Shown one piece after another: positions 58,287 to 64,000 of a stretch of DNA of 64,000 nt. The stretch is from Candidatus Omnitrophota bacterium (lineage in GTDB: Bacteria > Omnitrophota > Gorgyraeia > 1-14-0-20-64-10): assembly GCA_023248155.1 (NCBI GenBank), contig JAHFFE010000003.1, forward strand, positions 80,042 through 144,041, given 5' to 3'. Position numbers and translations under genes: made by a program. Positions within the stretch are counted from its first letter, which is position 1. Each line of letters starts with the position of its first letter. Under the pieces are notes generated by a model. The model saw nothing but the letters and a program-made list of their open reading frames with translations, did no database searches and had not been told where the DNA came from.

Positions 58287-59119
58287 GCGCCCATCCGCGC
58301 GTTTCACTCATTCTCGTTAATTACAACACCACCGACTGGCTTGCAAACTGCCTGGATTCATTAAAATCCGGACTGGATCTCCCGCATGAGATTTTCGTGG
58401 TCGATAACGCGTCAACCAACAGGGAAGCCATATCGGGCTTGATGGCTCTGCATCCAGAAGCCCGATTTATACAAAATGATTCCAACCGCGGATTCGCTGC
58501 GGCCAATAATCAGGCACTGCCGCTTTGTTCCGGAGACTGGATCTGGCTGCTTAACCCTGACACCAAAATCGGCGGCGGCTCATTACAACAATGGCTGGAA
58601 CCGCTGGAACAGGATCCAAAGATCGGGATCGCCGGCAACACGCTCCGTTATCCGGAAGGGCATATCCAGGTGTCGTGTGGAAAAATGCCCGGACTGGTTT
58701 CGGAATTCTTTCAGAAAAATTTCTGGAATAAAAAAGAAGCGAGCCCGGCCGGCCGGCAATGGCTGGAACGCTATGCGCAAACCGGACGGGAGGTTGACTG
58801 GGTGCTGGGCGCCAGCCTGTTTATCCGCCGGAAAACATGTGAAACCATCGGCCCGCTCGACGAACAGTTTTTTATCTATTTTGAGGAAACCGACTGGTGC
58901 GCGCGCGCAAAAAAAGCGGGCTGGAGCGTGGTCTACCAACCGGGATTTACCGTGATCCATTGGCGCGAACGGGCCACTTCGCAGAAACCCCGGGAAATGG
59001 GGCAGGCCTACCGGAAAAGTCAGCTTCTTTTCTACCGGAAACATCACGGAATAATTCAGGCCGCCGGGCTTGCGCTCTATTTGCGCATTAAATATGGTTT
59101 CAAAAGGGCTCTTCCATGA
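58283..59119 (+). CDS. GT2-family glycosyltransferase
   Basis: VSLILVNYNT, VDNASTN and NPDTKI motifs. Confidence 0.8.
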   Translation: MSAHPRVSLILVNYNTTDWLANCLDSLKSGLDLPHEIFVVDNASTNREAISGLMALHPEARFIQNDSNRGFAAANNQALPLCSGDWIWLLNPDTKIGGGSLQQWLEPLEQDPKIGIAGNTLRYPEGHIQVSCGKMPGLVSEFFQKNFWNKKEASPAGRQWLERYAQTGREVDWVLGASLFIRRKTCETIGPLDEQFFIYFEETDWCARAKKAGWSVVYQPGFTVIHWRERATSQKPREMGQAYRKSQLLFYRKHHGIIQAAGLALYLRIKYGFKRALP

Positions 59120-60237
59120 AGCGAGTCGTGCTGGATGCCCGGATGATCGGCCATACCGGAATCGGCCGATACCTTCAATGTTTAATCCCTGAACTGGATG
59201 ATCCGGCCTACCGGCTTGAACTTTTAGGCGATCCTGATCGATTGTCGGTGGTTGGGGGCGGGGACCGGAGAATCCTCCATCCTCTGTCGACACCGGTTTA
59301 CGGGTTATCCGAATTGTGGAGCGTATCCAGCGCAGCGGCCGGAGCAGATCTCCTGCATTGCCCGCACTTTAATATTCCATTATCGATCCCGAAGAAAACG
59401 CGGCTCGTCGTTACAATACACGACCTGATTTATGTCAGGATCCCTGAATCGATGCCGTCGCCGGCGGGGCGATGGTATGTCCGAACCCAGCTGATGCGCG
59501 TCGCGCGCCGCGCCGATGAGATTATCGCGGTCTCCGAATTCACGAAAAACGATTTTTGTGATTATACCGGGTGCGATCCGTCCAAAGTAACCGTCGTCCA
59601 CTCGGGGGTATCCGAAGAGCTGCGTCCGGTAACCGATCCGGCCTTAAGAGAAAACCAACGGCGCGCGCTGAATCTGCCGGCCCGCTATCTTCTCTGGGTC
59701 TCGGCCATCAAGCCGCATAAAGATCTGCCTCTCATGGCTGAAGCATTCCGCCGCATCCGAGAAAAAGATTCGCAACTGCACTGGGTCATCATTGGGAAGC
59801 CGGATAAACTGATGCAGACTTATTTTGAGCAGCTCTTAAAAGACCCCGCGCTGGCGCCGGCGATTCACTGGTTCCCAAGCGTTGAACCAGAAAAACTGCT
59901 CTGGTTTTATAATCTGGCGGAACTGTTCGTAACGCCTTCGCGGTACGAGGGGTTCGGTTTTCCTCCACTGGAGGCGATGGCCTGCGGCGTTCCGGTAGCG
60001 GCAGCAAAAACCGCATCACTTCCGGAAATTCTGGGTGAAGCGGCCGCCTGGTTTCCGCCGGGAAACATTGAAGCGCTCGTCGAAACCGTCTATAATGTTC
60101 TATCTGACCCGACCGTACGGCAACGGCTGATCGAGCGGGGAACAGAGCAAGCCCGGCGTTATTCCTGGAAACAAACCGGCCGGGCGACGCGACAAATCTA
60201 TGAGCGATGGCTTTCCCGAGGTAGCGTTCGTCCATGA
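59116..60237 (+). CDS. GT4-family glycosyltransferase
   Basis: Has the GT-B C-terminal domain with the [18 protein letters not shown] motif. Confidence 0.8.
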   Translation: MKRVVLDARMIGHTGIGRYLQCLIPELDDPAYRLELLGDPDRLSVVGGGDRRILHPLSTPVYGLSELWSVSSAAAGADLLHCPHFNIPLSIPKKTRLVVTIHDLIYVRIPESMPSPAGRWYVRTQLMRVARRADEIIAVSEFTKNDFCDYTGCDPSKVTVVHSGVSEELRPVTDPALRENQRRALNLPARYLLWVSAIKPHKDLPLMAEAFRRIREKDSQLHWVIIGKPDKLMQTYFEQLLKDPALAPAIHWFPSVEPEKLLWFYNLAELFVTPSRYEGFGFPPLEAMACGVPVAAAKTASLPEILGEAAAWFPPGNIEALVETVYNVLSDPTVRQRLIERGTEQARRYSWKQTGRATRQIYERWLSRGSVRP

Positions 60238-61324
60238 CTGGCTGGTTACGATGCGCGGCGGAGAACAAGTTCTGGCGATTCTCCATCGCAACTGGCCGGA
60301 TGCTCCCATTTACACACTTCTTTCCGACCGCAAACGACTGACATCGGGCCTGAAAAACGCCGATCTTCGGCATTCCTATCTGCAAAAAATTCCCGGACTC
60401 AGCCGGTTCCACCGATGGCTGCTTCCGTTTTATCCGGCGGCCGCTAAAAAACTCCAAATCAATACGGGGCCCTCCATTGTCATCAGCGTCAGCCATTCGT
60501 TCGCCAAGGGGGTTCCCAAACCGTACGGAACATTTCACCTTTGTTACTGCCTGACGCCGATGCGCTACGCCTGGCAGCATCCCGAACTTTATTTTCCAAA
60601 ACCGCTGCAAATCCTCGGGATCTCAAATCGGTGGAGCCGGAAACTCAAGCAATGGGATCTGGAATCCAACCGGAATGTCGACCGGTTTGTGGCGATATCA
60701 ACCGTCGTACAAAAACGGATTAAAGAATGGTACGGCAGGGAATCAGATCTGATTTATCCGCCGGTTCATACCGAACGATTTCTGCACGCGGAAAGAGCGC
60801 CTCAGGATTTCTATCTGGTGGTCAGCGCGCTGGTGCCGTACAAACGAGTCGATCTGGCGATAGCCGCCTGCAAGCGGCTGGGCAAGAAACTGGTGATTGC
60901 CGGCGACGGACCCTGCCGCAAGGCGCTGCAGATTCAGGCGCAGGGATCGGAAGTGGAATTCCTCGGTTATTGCCCGACGCAAACGCTCGAATCGCTCTAC
61001 GCAAAAGCGAGGGCGCTGATCTATCCTCAGGAAGAAGATTTCGGAATCGCCTCCGTTGAAGCGCAAGCGGCCCGCTGTCCCGTCATAGCGTTCCGGGCGG
61101 GCGGAGCGTTGGATACCGTCATCGAAAACGAAACCGGCCTCTTTTTTGATTATCAGTCCGATGAATCGCTGATGGACGCCATGGAACGTTTCGAAAAGAC
61201 AGCGTTCGATCCATGGGCGATCCGGCGCAACGCGTTCCGGTTTGATGAAAAAGTGTTTGAGCAATCGTTCCGGGAATTAGTCCGCAAAATCCGGGACGGG
61301 AGCCTGCGCTCCGATGTCGGATAG
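60200..61324 (+). CDS. GT4-family glycosyltransferase
   Basis: Has the EDFGIASVEAQAARCPVIA E-x7-E motif. Confidence 0.75.
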   Translation: MSDGFPEVAFVHDWLVTMRGGEQVLAILHRNWPDAPIYTLLSDRKRLTSGLKNADLRHSYLQKIPGLSRFHRWLLPFYPAAAKKLQINTGPSIVISVSHSFAKGVPKPYGTFHLCYCLTPMRYAWQHPELYFPKPLQILGISNRWSRKLKQWDLESNRNVDRFVAISTVVQKRIKEWYGRESDLIYPPVHTERFLHAERAPQDFYLVVSALVPYKRVDLAIAACKRLGKKLVIAGDGPCRKALQIQAQGSEVEFLGYCPTQTLESLYAKARALIYPQEEDFGIASVEAQAARCPVIAFRAGGALDTVIENETGLFFDYQSDESLMDAMERFEKTAFDPWAIRRNAFRFDEKVFEQSFRELVRKIRDGSLRSDVG

Positions 61325-62717
61325 ATTCCGCCGAACACCCGCCGCCCCGATTTTCCTGCTGATCGCTCTGGACACGGCCAGCATCGTCACCGGTGTATTG
61401 GCATCCTACTGGATCCGCTTTTTCAGCGGAAAAATTCCGCTGCTTCTGGCAGTTCCGCCGCTGGAATGGTACACGCGGGCGCTTGGCATTATCACCGGCG
61501 TATTTCTTCTGGCGCTGCATTCAGAACAACTGTACAACATGGACCGTCCGCGCAGCGCGTCCGAAGAATGCGGCGCTGTTTTCTGGGGCGTAACCAAGGC
61601 TGTTTTCGCGTTGATGGCGCTGACATTTTTGGCGCGCGAATTTTCTTACTCCCGCGCGACGCTGATTCTCGCCTGGGGGCTGATCACCGGATTCCTGATC
61701 ATTGAACGGCTCTTGTTCGGAAGATTTTTTTCCGCCTGGAAAAATGCTCGGGGGCAAGTCCGCCGCGTTCTGCTGGTGGGACAAAATCCTGCCGCCGGGC
61801 GGATTCTGCAGCAGCTTCAAAACAACCCGCGCTGGGGATACCGTTTGATCGGCCGCGTTGAAACCGAATCGGCCAAGCCCGCTTCCGGAACAGGACTTCG
61901 TTCACTGGGCAGTTTAGCCCATATACCGGAAATACTGCAGCAGCATCAGGTCACCGATCTGCTGCTGCTTGACCCATTATTGCCGCGCGAACAGATCGGC
62001 TCGATCGTGCTGGCCTGCGAAAAAGAAATGGTTTCTTTCCGGATGCTTCCGGACATCATCGGCATGATGACAATCCCGCTGTCCGTTGAACAGTGGACCG
62101 GCCTTCCGCTGCTGGGAATCAAAATGCCTCCATTGGATGATCCCTGGAATCGTTTTCAAAAACGGGTAATGGACATCACCGTTTCATTGATCGCGCTGGT
62201 CATTTTACTGCCGTTGCTTATTCTGATCGCGCTGGCGGTCCGTTTCGAATCCAACGGACCGGTTTTTTACCGGCAGGAACGGCTCGGGCAGGACGGAAAA
62301 ATATTCCGGATCCTAAAATTCCGGACCATGCGCGCCAATGCCGAAGCCGCGACCGGACCGGTCTGGGCCCAACAAAACGATCCGCGGCGCACGGCGCTGG
62401 GCGGATTTCTGCGCCGCACCAATCTGGATGAACTGCCTCAACTGTGGAATGTACTGTCGGGTGAAATGAGCCTGGTCGGACCCCGCCCCGAACGGCCGCA
62501 TTTCGTGAATCAGTTCAAGGAAGAGATCCCGCGGTACATGGCGCGGCACCGGATCAAATCGGGTATCACGGGCTGGGCGCAAATTCACGGATTGCGCGGA
62601 GACACCTCGATTGAAGAGCGAACCCGGTACGATCTTTATTACGCGGAGCGCTGGTCTCTGACGCTTGATCTTCTCATTATGGCCCGTTCCCTCGGAGCGG
62701 TCAAAAATGCCTATTAA
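61314..62717 (+). CDS. Polyprenyl-phosphate hexose-1-phosphate transferase (WbaP/EpsB-type bacterial sugar transferase)
   Basis: N-terminal TM helices plus the C-terminal catalytic domain YRQERLG…KFRTM…DELPQLWNVL…MSLVGPRP. Confidence 0.85.
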   Translation: MSDRFRRTPAAPIFLLIALDTASIVTGVLASYWIRFFSGKIPLLLAVPPLEWYTRALGIITGVFLLALHSEQLYNMDRPRSASEECGAVFWGVTKAVFALMALTFLAREFSYSRATLILAWGLITGFLIIERLLFGRFFSAWKNARGQVRRVLLVGQNPAAGRILQQLQNNPRWGYRLIGRVETESAKPASGTGLRSLGSLAHIPEILQQHQVTDLLLLDPLLPREQIGSIVLACEKEMVSFRMLPDIIGMMTIPLSVEQWTGLPLLGIKMPPLDDPWNRFQKRVMDITVSLIALVILLPLLILIALAVRFESNGPVFYRQERLGQDGKIFRILKFRTMRANAEAATGPVWAQQNDPRRTALGGFLRRTNLDELPQLWNVLSGEMSLVGPRPERPHFVNQFKEEIPRYMARHRIKSGITGWAQIHGLRGDTSIEERTRYDLYYAERWSLTLDLLIMARSLGAVKNAY

Positions 62718-63936
62718 ACAGGCGGAACGCTGGGCGGCACGTTGGTTTGAATTCTGCCTTTACTTGATCCTGATCGGAATCCCCGTCTCGCGCGCGCTCG
62801 TTGAAATCGGGTCGACGGGTGCTTTGGCCGGATGGATTTGGCTTGGATTCATCCGAAAAAACTGGGGGTTCCGGTCATCACCGGTCTTCTGGCCTCTGCT
62901 GGGCTATACGCTTTTTTCGGGACTTTCTTATTTCTGGAGCGGACACCGCGACGCGACGCTTTCATCCTGGGTAGGAAAAACAATTCAATATTCCGGACTT
63001 TATCTGGCTGCCTGGGGCGGACTGCGCGACTTAAAAACGATCCGGCGGCTGCTCTGGGCAACACTGGTCATCGCCGCGATCATCTGCGCGGACGGTCTCT
63101 ATCAGATAGCGACCGGACATGATTTTTTTCTCGGTTACGGAGCCGGTCTGCTCGCGGAGGGCCGGCGAATGACGGCGACGCTGAAATATCCAAATGACCT
63201 GGGCGCTTATCTGGGTTTTGTTTTCTGGATCGGAGCCGGAATTCTGTGGGCCGACCTGCGCGCGAAACGAGTCCGTTGTCTGATGCTGTCATTGCTGTTG
63301 ACCATCATCGCCGGTTGCGTGGTGCTGACCTATTCGCGATCGGCCTGGATGGGTTTGGGTGCCGCGCTGTTTTTCTTCACGCTTTTAAGCCGCAAGAAAA
63401 AAATGGCCTGGATCGCGGCGATCGGCCTGATGACGCTGGCCGCGCTGCTTCCGACCCGCTTCATGAACCGCGGTTCCGGTTTTTTTGACATTCACGCCGG
63501 TTCCTCTTCTGAGGAGCGCCTGCTGGTCTGGGATGCCACCTGGAAAATGATCCAGGACCGTCCCGTCGCCGGAAGCGGATTAAATACGTTCAACGCCGAA
63601 TTTCGCAAATACAAACCGGAACAGGTCTGGGGAAATCCATACGTCCACAATTCCTATCTGCAGATGACGGCAGAGCAGGGGTTCATCGGGCTGATCCTTT
63701 TCCTATCGATCCTCGTCGGTTTTTTTTCATACGGCCTGGTGATCAATCCCGGACTCTCGATCGAAGGACGGCTGGCGCATGGCCTCTCGGCCGGACTGGT
63801 CGGTTATCTGGTCCATAGTTTCTTTGATTCAAATCTCTATATCCTTCCGCTGGCCGCGCTGTTCTGGACTTTTATGGGAATCACCAGCCGCCTGCACGCG
63901 CTGGCCGCCGTGAGCACCCGTCCGGAAAAATCATGA
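62707..63936 (+). CDS. O-antigen ligase/polymerase-family membrane protein (Wzy_C domain)
   Basis: Polytopic, with the TYSRSAWMGLGAALFF segment typical of O-antigen-ligase domains. It overlaps the upstream stop by 11 nt. Confidence 0.65.
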   Translation: MPIKQAERWAARWFEFCLYLILIGIPVSRALVEIGSTGALAGWIWLGFIRKNWGFRSSPVFWPLLGYTLFSGLSYFWSGHRDATLSSWVGKTIQYSGLYLAAWGGLRDLKTIRRLLWATLVIAAIICADGLYQIATGHDFFLGYGAGLLAEGRRMTATLKYPNDLGAYLGFVFWIGAGILWADLRAKRVRCLMLSLLLTIIAGCVVLTYSRSAWMGLGAALFFFTLLSRKKKMAWIAAIGLMTLAALLPTRFMNRGSGFFDIHAGSSSEERLLVWDATWKMIQDRPVAGSGLNTFNAEFRKYKPEQVWGNPYVHNSYLQMTAEQGFIGLILFLSILVGFFSYGLVINPGLSIEGRLAHGLSAGLVGYLVHSFFDSNLYILPLAALFWTFMGITSRLHALAAVSTRPEKS

Positions 63937-64000
63937 ACCGGATCGCGGTGATCCGCACCGACCGGATCGGGGACCTGTTAATGACGATGCCGGCCGTCGG
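63934..64000 (+). CDS. GT9 ADP-heptose:LPS heptosyltransferase, N-terminal fragment (continues beyond window)
   Basis: MNRIAVIRTDRIGDLLMTMPAV matches the GT9 heptosyltransferase N-terminus. The start overlaps the upstream stop (ATGA). Confidence 0.55.

Noticed and set aside
1-64000. CRISPR arrays, tRNA/rRNA genes, integrase or att sites
   Set aside because: No spacer-repeat periodicity, no cloverleaf-compatible segments in intergenic regions, and no tyrosine or serine recombinase motifs were seen. The only mobility gene is the IS1-family transposase.

Overview
GC-rich (~60%) Gram-negative-type chromosomal segment, since an lptD is present. Every supported gene is on the + strand. 1-10 kb holds housekeeping genes: dnaK 3' end, dnaJ, an FmdB zinc-ribbon protein, a DUF1015 protein, accD, an orphan MalK-like ABC ATPase, two tandem GGDEF diguanylate cyclases, and lptD. 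10.0-12.8 kb is an AT-rich (~40% GC) foreign insertion. It is bounded by an 8-bp direct repeat (AGCCCCCT) and ~27-bp imperfect terminal inverted repeats starting GGTAGTGG. It carries a single-ORF IS1-family transposase (fused InsA-HTH + InsB-DDE) with a consensus sigma70 promoter that should give a leaderless mRNA. Its cargo is a small-protein + retropepsin-like aspartic protease pair, a KGG/ARW-motif small protein, and a 178-aa hypothetical. 12.8-64 kb is one uninterrupted, co-directional surface-glycan biosynthesis locus of more than 35 tightly packed or overlapping genes. It encodes nucleotide-sugar enzymes: Ugd, RmlA/B/D-like, Gmd-like and Fcl-like, a UDP-HexNAc 6-dehydrogenase, UXS, an ArnA-decarboxylase-like enzyme, and two DegT aminotransferases. 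It encodes an AsnB-like amidotransferase, a GNAT, a carbamoyltransferase, three methyltransferases, an acyltransferase-3 and a B12-radical-SAM enzyme. It has many GT2/GT4 glycosyltransferases, including a GT4-GT2-GT2 fusion, and an ArnC-like polyprenyl-phosphate sugar synthase. It has three paralogous ~1050-1140-aa GT-C-type membrane giants (AftD/YfhO-like), two of them followed by paralogous ~410-aa membrane partners. It also has a Wzx-like flippase, a WbaP-like initiating phosphotransferase, an O-antigen-ligase-family protein, and the start of a GT9 heptosyltransferase. No rRNA, tRNA or CRISPR was recognised.
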